A DNA stretch of 63,835 nucleotides, filler included, from Octopus bimaculoides (Eukaryota): assembly GCF_001194135.2 (NCBI RefSeq). It is 4 parts of 4 records of this genome, joined end to end, with 100 filler letters (N's around TTAATTAATTAA, not from the genome) between each part and the next. Parts side by side here need not be neighbours in the genome. Positions count along the whole stretch, not along the records: positions 7,814 to 38,477 come from NC_068984.1; 3 more parts are not named here. One strand, 5' to 3'. Within the stretch, counting starts at the first letter, position 1. Every line of letters starts with the position of its first letter. Below the pieces are notes generated by a model, which was given only the letters and a program-made list of their open reading frames with translations, had not been told where the DNA came from and did no database searches. Of this stretch, positions 14,193 to 26,515 are shown in pieces. The translations under genes were made by a program, and so were the position numbers.

Positions 14193-14285
14193 GGAGCCGC
14201 CTATATGGCGCCACCTATATGGCGCCACCTATATAGCGCCACCTATATGACGCCACCTATATGGCGCCACCTATATGGCGCCGCT
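14193..14285. repeat. 14-bp tandem repeat (GGCGCCACCTATAT), about 6.5 copies
   Basis: Five full units at 14207-14276 (two with one substitution each) plus partial units on both sides. Confidence 0.95.
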
Positions 14286-15957
14286 AAGTCCACGTTGACT
14301 TATTTGACACCAGACGTTTTAATGTCTCTCATGTTCTTTCCCTCCCTTGCTTTTCGTTTATGTGTGTGAGCATATTTCTCTGCGTATGAGGAGAGAAAAA
14401 ATGTTTATGTCATTCGCCTTAAATTAATAAATTGTTTTGCACGTCGGATAAAATGCTTCGTGACATTTCGTCCGTACTTAGTGGATTTCTTTCCTACTTA
14501 AAAAACGAATACCGAACGTTATACTGCATGGTGGAAACAATCCCTCCATAGGCCTATTGCAATACTGGAAAAGTGTACACAATTTTCCTACTAGACTGGA
14601 ATCAGTATTACACAGAAAATTCTTGAATATCGCTGTACCTATTCCTTGATTCCTTTCTACAATAGGGGCACTTTTGTAAGAGAGAATCTACAAGATAGGG
14701 CTTCATTAACCAGCATAGGCACATCGTAGGAAAAGTGTTATAAATTGAGCTCATATTAATTTATTATCCGAAAATCATACAAAGGACTAAAGCAAATCAA
14801 ATTATACAACCGGATTGCTTAAAATTCCGCCAAGATCGACTTTGCTTTTTATTCTTTCGGGGTCGATAAACTAAGTACCAGTTGAATACTGGGGCTGATG
14901 CAATCGACTTATACTCTGCTCTGAAATTGCTGGCATTCGAAACCATTTTTCCTCTATATCTCTATGTGTATACTATGCATACCGTTATGCATGCGTGCGT
15001 GCGTGTTTGCCTCCAGTACCAAAAAAGAACTGCCTTCAAAACAAGCTAAATGTCCAGCCAGCCGTGCCATACTATCAGAGTCTAAACAGCTGCGCCCAGT
15101 CGCCTTATTCCGACTATAGTTTACATCGTCTGTACACGGACTGTAGTCTACACTGTCTGTACACGGATTAGTTTGTCAGTATAAGACTACACTATGCATA
15201 CACAGAGAAACACACATAGACACACACACACACACACACATACAATATTCTGCAAATAATACCACCCTGCATTTCTCTTTAAGTTCCAACTCTTAGTCAA
15301 TAATATAAAGTGATGTAAATACCCTTACACTAGATTCCATCAGCTTTAATGAATAGGAACATTAAAATATCCTTTCATGTGGTGTACTTTCAATTTCACA
15401 TTACGATCATCAGTACTAACATACAAACAAGATATTAGTTACATTTGACGTCTTCCTTGAACAGCCAGGCGTCAGTTTACCTGGAAACAAACAATGCAGT
15501 TATTAAGAAGACAGACTGAAATTAATGCATGCAAAATTTCACAGCTCCAGCATCACTTCTTCATAGTCAGTCTATGGAATTTTCAGCCCATTCTCATACA
15601 CATGCAGTACTAGACCTTCCAAACACATTGTTAAAATCTCCGAATTCATTAACAAAAATATAAACCTACAACCTCTGGTAGCCTTTATGACAACCACACA
15701 ACTATAATACAGAGAACAGTAGTTATAGAAATGTGCAGAAGGCAGCGTTTAAAACTTATCCATGAGGTAAAATTCAACTGGAATACGATGATTATTTTCT
15801 GACGATTCCTTAAGTTGTAATCAGACAAATCTGTACGTATTCCTCACTTAGACAGTCCAATCTATACACACACGGATATCCTCGACATTTTCTAAAAGTA
15901 GGTTATCAGAGCTGATTTCCAAAACGTCTTTCATCCTCACGCTATAACAATTGAAAC

Positions 15958-16192
15958 TGGCTCTCCGTTGGTTGCGACAGCGAGTGCTACTCTTGATCGA
16001 TCTGATCAACGGAACAGCCTCCTCGTGAAATTAACGTGAAACTGAGCACTCCGTACAGACGTGTAACGTTAACGTAGTTCTCAGGGAGATTCAGCATGAC
16101 ACAGAATGTGACAAGACTGGCCCTTTGAATCGAACCCACGACTTTATGATCATGAGCCGAATTCCCTAACCAGTAAGAGACGCACCTTCCCA
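15958..16192 (-). mobile_element. SINE family B copy with internal deletion
   Basis: Reverse complement matches the 3' body (about 6327-6500) joined directly to the tRNA head. Confidence 0.75.
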
Positions 16193-16534
16193 CTACAAAA
16201 ATTACTTCTTTGTTTAGCAAGTGTTGCAAGCAACTGATTAAATATTTTTCAAATTAGTCGTATTGATCGGTACGTAGGCATGACAATTGGAAATTACAGT
16301 TAATGAAATGTAATGTAAATAGCAATTAAAAATATGAAATTTTCAGATATATAATTATATCTGACGACATAATGTCACTTTACTCGTCCATTAAATGCTT
16401 TTTCAATAGAAATCTTTAGCTTTAAGAAGTCTGCAAGTTCAGTAACCTTTTACTTTCTCTATTTGTGTATGAACAAATTATTCCCGCTCTCTACAAAATT
16501 GCTGGCCTTGTTTTTAAATCAGTAGTAGTAGTAA

Positions 16535-16565
<31 letters not shown>

Positions 16566-16566
16566 G

Positions 16567-17705
16567 CTTGAGCCAAAAAGAAAGCTATAAATATCTGGGG
16601 ATAAACGAAGAATACGGTATACAACATGATATTATGAAGGAAGAAATGAGAAAGGAGTACTACAGGAGAGTAAAACTCATACTAAAAACTAAACTCACCT
16701 CGAAAAATCGCATCGAAGCCATTAACATCGTGGCACTTCCAGTAGTCCAATACAGTTTTAACATCATTAACAGAGCTCCAACGCATGGACAGGAAGACAA
16801 GAAAACTACTAACATCTAAGAACATGCATCACCCAAAAGCGGATATTGATAGTCTGTACCTACCTAGGAGTAATGGAGGAAGGGAAATGATGCAGGTAGA
16901 CCTGTGTTATAGGGCCGCAACAGTAACAATGAGCAAGGACTTATCTATTACAGAGGACTGGATGCTGCGGCTTGTGTGCAAACATGAAAACAGCAAAAAG
17001 TCACATTTTATTGGCAAAGAAGCTTGTAAATTCGCAACGGAACTCGGCATTAACCCTGAATTAGATGAAGACTCTCAAACCACTGCCATCAAACAAGTAA
17101 AACAGATAAAATAGACTGAAAAAAAGAACGGGCAGAAACAAATAGAGGCGCAGTGGAGCCAGAGGCCTCTGCATGGACAGTAAGTACTTCGAAGCTGAAA
17201 TCCTAATGTAGCAACAACCCATTAGTGGCTGAAAAGTTCAGGAGTGAAAGCAGAGACTCAAGGTTTCATATTAGTGGCACAAGATCAAAGCTTGTTTACC
17301 AACAACTACCAGGTTAACGTTCTTCAAAACGGTTCTGATCGTAAATGCAGATTCTGTGACACATTTGACGAAACAATAGTCCATCTCGTCTCAGGATGTC
17401 CTCTGCTGACACCAAATGAATACAAATATCGCCACGATAGGATAAGAAAATATTGACATTGGAAAATATGTAAACACTACAAGATCAGCACTCCAGCTTA
17501 CTGGTATGAACAACATACTGAGCCAGTCGTTGAAGGTAAAAATGTCACTATCCTCTGGGATTTTCCAGTCAACAACGACAGAACAATTCAGGCTAACGAC
17601 CAGACATAGTCATTAAAGACAGGGAAGAAAATACTTGGAGACTAGTAGATGTAAGTGCTCCCACTGGTAAAATTATATTTAACAAATTTATTAAATATAA
17701 GGACC
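16567..17705 (+). mobile_element. R4/Dong-like non-LTR retrotransposon, 5'-truncated (RT C-terminus, CCHC finger, REL endonuclease)
   Basis: YKYLG, MDRKTRKLL...HPKADIDSLYLPRSNGGR, CRFC..FDETIVHLVSGC, RHD, then ILWDF and a frameshifted RPDIV motif; preceded by (TAA)n at 16537-16565. Confidence 0.85.
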
Positions 17706-17709
17706 TTGT

Positions 17710-19445
17710 TGAGGCGGACGCCTCTAGGTGAGAAGTAGGCTGCTCCACTACTAATAAATGTTGGACTGACACAGTCAGCTGGCGCTAAAACAGTGTCAGA
17801 TGTTTTTTTTTAAATTCTGTTAACGTACGTCGTAGACGCCGTTATACCAAGATTACGAGTACGCGTAAATCGCTTGTTTTTTTTTTTCATGTAGTTATAA
17901 CGTTGTTCTCTTATTTTGTGTTTTTCTACGCTGTTTTGCTGCGTTGTGGCAGTACTGCTAGCGTTTTCCCTCGGTTGAAGGAGAAAGCGCCGTGAATGCT
18001 GAGATGGACTATGAGAGTCTTAGTTCGTTCCCTATGTTCCCTAGTTCGTTCCCCTCGTCCATGGAGGACCTGAGCAGAAGGCTGCAGCTGATTGTCAAAG
18101 TAATGGAAGAAAGGAAGAAAATGAACTTTGAAGCTGCGGCTGGTGAGAAGAAAGAAGAAATCTGTATCAACAAAAAGGAAATGCAAAAATACAAAATGTT
18201 CAAGAGAGAAGGACACGAGGTGAAGGTGTCAACCCTCAGCGACAACACGAGATTTATCAATGAAAGAAGTATCATATACAAAACATATAACCCTTAATCC
18301 AACAAGGTGGATATAGTGGCAAAAGAACAAGTAGAAAAAGCACTAAGACCCATCTGGCAAAACATTATCTACCTTGACAGAGGAGATAGCCAGGTATTAT
18401 TCCGTGACCTCCATGAAAACAGACGAGATAGTCCTTCTACCCATCTACCTAGAAAGATGTGCATCGAGGGTAAGGGTGGAAGGAATACCTCCGGAGGTGG
18501 AGGTAAACTGGATAATAGCGGCAATTTTAATGGGCTTCGAAGAAAGGATTACAATCCTACAGGCGACAAAGGTGGAAGCGAAGAATTGGCTAGAGCAGAG
18601 AAAGGAAATGATAATCCAGGCTGCCCCAGGGACATAAAAAAGATGGTCGACACCATAATGGTGGGAGATGAGGTGAGATTTAGGTTTGTGGTTGAAGGCA
18701 GGAGGCCGAGGTGCTACACATAAGGGTTAAGTGCTTCCAACCCCTGTAGAATGACCAAAAGAAGCTCCAGTGGAGATCGTGTTTCCGACAGTCGTAACAT
18801 CGAGAATTGAGAAAGATGGAAACGAAAAGCCAGGAGTACAAAAAGAAAGATCAACAGAATGGATAGAGGTGGGCAAGAAGTAGAGGAAAAGAAGAAAACA
18901 GCAAACCAGCGAGGAAGAAACCAACCCATTCCCGTCCCTCCCCTCCCTCTCCACACCCAAACCCCCTCCCTCCCAGCAGACACCAGCCCTATCCTTACCC
19001 CACTAGACATGAACAATAATAATGCAAACACACAAGAGCCACATATTCCTCGCACTCCATCCAGGAAAATGTATTTTATACAACAGTGCAAAGGTTTCAG
19101 CGAGAAAAGGAGTTGAGATGGTGAACCCTAATATAGAGCTGGACACGAAGGATTGTGTGGGATTACACCCGAGTGTAAGGTGTTCCCTCATGTTGAAGAA
19201 TTATCACAAGTTAAAAGACAAGTACACGAGAGATGTCTACTACACGAGAAGAGACGTAGCCCTGAACTCGTTACAGCCTAAGATAAGATTGAGTGAAATT
19301 TACTCAGAAACAAGATGAACGAAAGGTTGTTGTAGCCTTGAAGTTTTGACTCCGTCTGAACAATGATTATAAAATAATGTTTTAAGCGGTATAAGTGATG
19401 TCTTGTAATTGTGTACCAAAATAAAAAAAAAGAAAGAAAGAAAAA
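17710..19445 (+). mobile_element. ORF1-only L1/Tx1-like element with A-rich tail (HAL1-like), decayed
   Basis: Frameshifted ORFs at 17992-19318 with a charged N-terminus, RRM-like RVRVEGIPPEV, a knuckle remnant VVEGRRPRCYT and a Pro-rich region; AATAAA at 19420 merges into an A tract; no ORF2 seen. Confidence 0.5.
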
Positions 19446-19620
19446 GAGTATGTAATTGTATATAATAAGATCCAACATAGAACTGTAATTGTTATCGTAG
19501 TATTTTGACTATGTAAAAGATGTTTTAGAAGGAAAAAAAGCAAAAGAGAAAGCAATTTAATGTTGTAAAGAAAAATTCAATGAAGCTGCTCGGTCGTGGG
19601 GTCGAGTGGCGTTCATTATA

Positions 19621-19748
19621 CAGACGAATGTGAACACATATTCATCCTCAATACCCACGTGTGTATAACGAGCAATCCAGCAGAAACTGCAGTTTTCGAT
19701 CAGAGAGTAAATTATATTGAGGATAAATATGTGTTCACCATTCGGCTG
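19621..19748. mobile_element. Tc1/mariner-type MITE, 128 bp, about 33-bp TIRs, TA TSD
   Basis: TA|CAGACGAATGTGAACACATATTCATCCTCAATA at the left and TATTGAGGATAAATATGTGTTCACCATTCGGCTG|TA at the right. Confidence 0.8.
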
Positions 19749-19834
19749 TATATTTTTGGAAGTGTTGGTTGAATATCGGTTATACGATCGCGCTTGATCG
19801 CTTTCCTAACACTCAAATTTATATTTCGAAATGG

Positions 19835-19898
19835 TGCATTGAAGATGAGAATTAAGTAAGTAAATATAACTTTACTTTAATCTCGAAACGCGTATGTA
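19835..19898 (+). ncRNA. Minimal type I hammerhead-like motif (Penelope-type, dimer-dependent) with C3-to-U change
   Basis: TGCA-[T]TGAAGA-T-GAGA...TCTC-GAAA-CGCG-TA-TGTA: stem I 4 bp, long stem II, palindromic ACGCGT stem III, GUA cleavage triplet. Confidence 0.55.
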
Positions 19899-20317
19899 GC
19901 TAATCTGGGTCATGTGGATTCGTTATGTATTTTTTTTTGCCTTGGTAAAAAAGTGCGTTACTGTCTGGGAGATCTTTATGGTAGTAGAAAAGGCATTTAG
20001 CACCTATTTTTAAATTCGGTACGTGGCGAAGCAATTAGCTGACCCCTGATAATAATTATGTTTATAATTATAGAATATTTGTATAATTTTACCTACCGAA
20101 CTACTTGGAAAAATTATTAGTTATTAATTAATTAATTGATTAGTTAATTAATTTTACCCTTTTATTATTATAGAAATTATATGTATGTATGTATATATAT
20201 ATATATATATATATAAATATTGATATCATACATTGTATATATACACACATATATATATAGATATATATATATCATCATAAATATACAGGGATTAGCATTG
20301 AGTTGCTTCTCCAACAT

Positions 20318-20492
20318 ACTGAAAATTTAGAAATAGCAGTCAAAGAACTACTGATTCTAAACTACAATTTTTTCTCTAAACGGATGGCGATATTTATGGC
20401 ACACATAGAACAAAAAATATCGCCATCGGTTTAGAGAAAAATTTGTAGTTTAGAATCAGTAGTTCTTTGACTGCTATTTCTAAATTTTCAGT
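20318..20492. repeat. 78-bp-arm inverted repeat (2 mismatches, 19-nt spacer) abutting a gap
   Basis: 20318-20395 is the reverse complement of 20415-20492. Confidence 0.9.
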
Positions 20493-20712
20493 NNNNNNNN
20501 NNNNNNNNNNNNNNNNNNNNNNNNNNNNNNNNNNNNNNNNNNNNNNNNNNNNNNNNNNNNNNNNNNNNNNNNNNNNNNNNNNNNNNNNNNNNNNNNNNNN
20601 NNNNNNNNNNNNNNNNNNNNNNNNNNNNNNNNNNNNNNNNNNNNNNNNNNNNNNNNNNNTATATATATATATATATTATAATATTATATGACGCACACAC
20701 GCATACCTATAT

Positions 20713-20924
20713 TCTTTTATTCTCTTACTTGTTTCAGTCATTTGACTGTGCCAATGCTGGAGCACCGCCTTGTAGTCGAACAAATGGACTCCAGTACTTA
20801 TTCTTTGTAGGTCTAGTACTTATTCTTTCGGTCTCTAATGGTGAACCGTTAAGTTATAGAGACCTTAAATACACCAACATCGGTTGTCAAGCGATGGTGG
20901 GAGAACAAGCAGAGACATACACGG

Positions 20925-20967
<43 letters not shown>

Positions 20968-21092
20968 CGACGGGTTTCTTTCAGTTTCCGTCTATCAAAT
21001 CCACTTACAAGATTTTGTTCGACCCGAGGCTCTAGCAGAAGATACTTGCCCAAGGTACCACGCAGTGGGACTGAACCCGGAACAACTCCTGC
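20713..21092 (-). mobile_element. SINE family A copy
   Basis: Collinear with 3803-4242; head partly truncated. Confidence 0.8.
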
Positions 21093-21096
21093 GCAT

Positions 21097-21185
<89 letters not shown>

Positions 21186-21547
21186 TATATATATAACCAA
21201 CAGAAAATTTGCGCGTGCCTGCATGGGTGGATAGCTATGCCAGCATAACCATTCACATAAATTCCATGTGTTTATTTGTACATGGCATTTTCCAAACAAG
21301 GAAATAGTCAGAATCTGTAATAAAATAATATAATGTCTAGTTTTATGGGCAACTTCGTTTGAAAGTCGTTGCAATACCCACGATATATATATATGCAATA
21401 AAACCTGCAATGAAACAAAAGTTGTTGGTCGGCCATATTGGGCATCTGGACTGTTTTAGCAATGTGTGTTTAATTATTATGAGCATCTCGCTGATATATG
21501 TAGATAATCGAAATTACATTCCCGGATGCATAAATAGATACATAGAT

Positions 21548-21583
<36 letters not shown>

Positions 21584-21637
21584 AGTGTGTGTGTGTGTGT
21601 GTATGTATATTAGATATATATATTATATATACATATA

Positions 21638-21694
<57 letters not shown>

Positions 21695-22188
21695 GCATAT
21701 ATGTATGTGTGCGTGCGTGCGTGCGTTGTACGTGTGTGTATACGTATGTGTGTATATATATATTGGCAATTTTCGGACGGTTATGGCCCCTGTTAGTGTA
21801 TATGTTTTCATTCATGTGCGATAAGTACAGTATTAGAGCAGTTTAGCTCTTATTTTTAGCAATGTAGGAAATCTCTTAACACCCTAGTCACATTTAGTGA
21901 AGTTTGTAAATTTCCTTTTTTGCGAAATGCTGCAAACTCCTGTTTATATCAGTTTTATATTTACACATTAGCGAATCGACAAATCATCCAATTATTTGGG
22001 CGGCGAAAACATAAATATAAATAACGAAGAGAGTCTAGAAACAGGCGAACGGTCGGGCGGTCTTAACTGATGAGGCAACAGAAATTAGATCTTATTTCTA
22101 GCGATATAGGTGTTTCTTAACACCCTAGTCACATTAGCTGACGTTTGTAATTTTCCTTTTCGGTGAATCATTGAAATTGCTGTTTATA

Positions 22189-22223
<35 letters not shown>

Positions 22224-22226
<3 letters not shown>

Positions 22227-22582
22227 TCTTCTACTTGTTTCAGTTATTTGACTGTGGCCATGCTGGAGCACGCCTTTAGTCGAGCAAATCGACAACAGGA
22301 CTTATTTTTTGGAAGCCTAGTACTTATTCTATCGATCAATTTTGCCGAACCTATAAGCTACGGGGTCGTAAACACACCATCGGTTGTCAAGCGATGTTGG
22401 GGGACAAACACAGACACACACACATATATATATATATACATATATACGACGGGCTTCTTTCAGTTTCCGTCTACCAAATCCACTCACAAGGCTTTGATCG
22501 GCCCGAGGCTATAGTAGAAGACATCTGCCCAAGGTGCCACGCAGTGGGACTGAACCCGGAACCATGTGGTTCGTAAACAAAC
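22224..22582 (-). mobile_element. SINE family A copy
   Basis: Collinear with 3803-4242. Confidence 0.8.
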
Positions 22583-22639
22583 TGTATATATATATATGCA
22601 AACACAAACACACACATTCATACATACATACATACATAC

Positions 22640-23017
22640 ATATATATATATATATGCCACCAGAACATCTTTAATATCGCCAAAGCGAACTTACCGATCC
22701 TTGCACAAAGTAAGGAATTGAGAAATATCATTACAGATCAAAATATAACTCTCAGTAAGAGACAACCTAAAAACTTGAAAAAACTATTAACAAAGGCAAG
22801 GTTTGACCTCAGCAACAAAAATCAAACACTGAGTAACCATCTAGCAACATGTGGTCATCAAACTTTTATTATATTTCCATTCCATAAACTTTACAACCGG
22901 AATGAAATTGAAAGAAAATGCAAAGAAAAGGACTTTATTAAGAAATTCAAACCCACTCTTAACAAACAATGATTAAATCCATCTTACTTGGGGTTTAAAA
23001 ATATTATCCCTGTAACC
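22640..23017 (+). mobile_element. Penelope-like element C-terminal fragment, internally deleted
   Basis: LSKRQPKNLKKLLTKARF...HL...ERKCKEKDFIKKFKPTLNK resembles the PLE linker plus the GIY-YIG C-terminal E..FI..F.P.LN motif. Confidence 0.6.
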
Positions 23018-23428
23018 NNNNNNNNNNNNNNNNNNNNNNNNNNNNNNNNNNNNNNNNNNNNNNNNNNNNNNNNNNNNNNNNNNNNNNNNNNNNNNNNNNN
23101 NNNNNNNNNNNNNNNNNNNNNNNNNNNNNNNNNNNNNNNNNNNNNNNNNNNNNNNNNNNNNNNNNNNNNNNNNNNNNNNNNNNNNNNNNNNNNNNNNNNN
23201 NNNNNNNNNNNNNNNNNNNNNNNNNNNNNNNNNNNNNNNNNNNNNNNNNNNNNNNNNNNNNNNNNNNNNNNNNNNNNNNNNNNNNNNNNNNNNNNNNNNN
23301 NNNNNNNNNNNNNNNNNNNNNNNNNNNNNNNNNNNNNNNNNNNNNNNNNNNNNNNNNNNNNNNNNNNNNNNNNNNNNNNNNNNNNNNNNNNNNNNNNNNN
23401 NNNNNNNNNNNNNNNNNNNNNNNNNNNN

Positions 23429-23463
<35 letters not shown>

Positions 23464-23756
23464 ATCAACGATAAAATCCAGCGAAATTCTTGAAGATAGA
23501 GTCAGTAGATCTAGTGGTAATCCAGGCGGAGTGCTGGTATGTGGACAAGGGACAAAAACAACCAGTAGTTGTTTGAAGGGCTATAACCCTAAACGTTATT
23601 CTCATTATATTTCTTTCATTAGGTATATTTAGTTTCATTGAATTGATTCTGTGGTTTTTGTTTCGATTAATTTTTGCACACGTTTTCCGCCATCTATTTT
23701 TGACTTGTTTTTCATGCGTTGTTTATTTGTGCGTTTCCTCCGTACCTAATAATCTT

Positions 23757-23978
23757 ACTCTCTTTCTCTTTTACTTGTTTCAGTCATTTGACTGCGGCCA
23801 TGCTGGAGCACCGCCTTTAGTCGAGCAAACTGACCCCAGGACTTATTCTTTGTAAGCCTAGTACTTATTTTATCGGTCTCTTTTACCGAACCGCTAAGTT
23901 ACGGGGACATAAACACACCAGCATCGGTTGTCAAGAGATGTTGGGGGGGGGGGCAAACACAGACACACAAACACACGC

Positions 23979-24017
<39 letters not shown>

Positions 24018-24178
24018 CGACGGGCTTCTTTCAGTTTCCTTCTACCAAATCCACTCACAAGGCTTTGGTCGGCCCGAGGCTATAGTAGAAGATACTTGCC
24101 CAAAGTGCCACGCAGTGGGACTGAACTCGGAACCATGTGGTTGGTAAGCGAGTTACTTACCACACAGCCACTCCTGCG
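23757..24178 (-). mobile_element. SINE family A copy
   Basis: Collinear with 3803-4242. Confidence 0.85.
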
Positions 24179-25145
24179 CTCAGAGATGACCCCTCTGCTT
24201 CACTTTACTTATGTATATTCCTACCTATACCCTTATGCCTACGCAGAAGAAAATCATCGGTGCTCCGTCGATTGATCATAACAACTAACATTACATACCT
24301 TCAAACAAAGACTTCCTTTTCCTTTCTTTCTGTATTGTCGCTTTTTACTTTTTTCTTATCACAATATTGTTCTCATTTAAACAACCCTTCTCATTGGTTG
24401 TTCATTCTCGTTTTAAACAACCTTTCAACTCATTTAAACAACCCTTTAATTCCTATTTCTAGCGAGTCACAGAACCCTAGACCTTTGACATAATTCCTTT
24501 CATAAAGCCCGAGTATCCTAACCACATCGACTTGCATATATTGTGTTATATATCATAACACGTATGTACGTAAGTTGATATATATGACCTGAATTTTATC
24601 CACAGATTTTAGTTTTCAAATATCGAGAAACCATACCAAATACGAAAAGACTATATTGCCGTGTGTCTGTATCTCTCTGTCTGTATTGCATATATGTGTA
24701 TACTTCTGTGTGTATGTATGTATATGACTGTCTCTTTTTACATGAGTCTGTGTGTCCCCGTATGTTAGTTTTTAATATTTATTGAAGCTAATAATCTCAC
24801 AGACATAAACACGTCATTCCATACTTAATGTACTTACCGCAGAATAAGTTTTGACAAACAAATTACTAGTCTCGTTGATATATGAACTCAGAGTACAACA
24901 CCTTTGACTAACTTAAAGTATTATTCTGTTTATGCTATTATAGCCAGACTTCAGAACAAATTACCGTCAGCTGAAAGTAAAAGTCGAGCGGAGAGAATTC
25001 TCTCCAATTCTAAGATGAAGAAAAGTTGCGTACACTCTAATGTCTTCCCTTGTGTGAATCACTGTTATTATTTGGTCTACATCAGAGAATTGGAAACCAT
25101 TATTGATAAAAATATATACATCTCGATTATAAGTTTCATGGTTCG

Positions 25146-25179
<34 letters not shown>

Positions 25180-25589
25180 GATACAACAGCTTGAAGTGTG
25201 TATATGCTCCACGGAGTACATACCGGTTTTCATAAGTATTATATATAGTTATTGTGTTATAAACTATTTATGTTCTTTTCAATTCAGTATCGTATGGCCC
25301 CTCGTGATTTATGTATTATGAAATAATCGGATTCCTACGACTTTGGATTTTAGGTTTTTACAAAATGAGAGATAATCAAAATTGAAGTCTAATGGAGATT
25401 ATAGAAAAATAACGTAAAAGAAAATAAAAAGCACGCAAGTAATGCAAATTTGACTGATATTAACCATTCAGGGTTCTAAAATTTTGTCATACTATGTATA
25501 AATTTCTCCTGTAATTCATGGCCAAAATGATATTTCTTCGACGATGAGTAAAACTGTAGCAAACACCTAAGTGCTTTCCATCCATATTC

Positions 25590-25724
25590 AGGCGCAGATG
25601 TGGTTGTGTGGTAAGACGTCTACTTCCCAAATACTCGGTTCCAGGTTCAGTCCCACTGCGTGGTATCTTGGCTGGTGCCGTCTATTATACACGCAGGCCG
25701 GCGACATAGATATACATATATATA

Positions 25725-25755
<31 letters not shown>

Positions 25756-25955
25756 CTTTGTGTCTGTGTTTGTCCTCCACTACCGCTTCACAACCAGCGT
25801 TAGTGCGTTTACGTCCCCGTATTCTAGCATTTCAACAAAAGAGACTGATAGAATAAGGCCAATGTTTAAAAAAGAAAAAAAAATACTGGTGTCCATTCAC
25901 TCGACTCGAGAACTTTAAGGCGGCGCTCCAGCATAGCCGTAGTCTAGTAAGGGAA
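25590..25955 (+). mobile_element. SINE family A, older diverged copy
   Basis: Head GTGGTTGTGTGGTAAG...GGTTCAGTCCCACTGCGTGG, internal GT tract, tail GCTCCAGCATAGCCG. Confidence 0.7.
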
Positions 25956-25994
25956 GCAACTAATAGATAAAAGGTAAATGGTATAATCTTTTAG

Positions 25995-26209
25995 CCCTTT
26001 AGTATTCAGATTACTCTGCCAAATGCTGTGTTTATTCACATTATTTTGAATTAATCATACATTATCTCATAGCTTTGAAATTTTGATGATGCAGTAGTAT
26101 ATTTTATAGTCGCATTGCAGGGTAGGTTTGAGAGGTCAGATCTGACTGGTTTTAACATAAAACACGTAGAATATTTGGGCCGGAAATGGCCGCTTTAAAT
26201 GCCAAACCT
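25995..26209. mobile_element. Decayed piggyBac-like MITE
   Basis: Left end TTAG|CCCTTTAGTATTC and right end AATGCCAAACCT|TTAA; termini are degenerate. Confidence 0.35.
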
Positions 26210-26259
26210 TTAAGTTACATTCATACTTATGTTCTTGTTGCACCAAGGCTTTTCGTATA

Positions 26260-26515
26260 CAGTAATCTCTCGACTATCGCGGAGGTTACGTTCCAAACAC
26301 CACGCGATTGGTGAAAATCCGCGAAGTAGAAACAGTACTGTATTGTATATATTTAAAATCTTATTTTTATTATTTGTATATATTTTATTTTATTATAAAT
26401 GCAAAACAACACCAGAGAGGAATCGACGTAAGCTTAACTAATAAATAAATCACGATAAGTGAACCGCGATAGGTGAATCGCGATAGGTGAACCGCGATGT
26501 TGCGAGGGATTACTA
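26260..26515. mobile_element. Tigger/pogo-like MITE with TA TSD and subterminal 14-bp repeats
   Basis: TA|CAGTAATCTCTCGACTATCGCGG ... CCGCGATGTTGCGAGGGATTACTA|TA; about three copies of GTGAACCGCGATAG near the right end. Confidence 0.75.

Noticed and set aside
14193-14285. CRISPR-like array
   Set aside because: No spacers, eukaryotic context and no cas genes.
14156-14465. Possible solo LTR around the 14-bp array
   Set aside because: No TG...CA pair with a matching 4-6-bp TSD.
22063-22110. CTGATGA...GAAA hammerhead-like string
   Set aside because: Stems I and III cannot be formed convincingly.
23565-23600. TTTGAAGGGCTATAACCCTAAACGTT, a decayed PLE-type hammerhead look-alike
   Set aside because: Both core boxes are altered; too degenerate to call.
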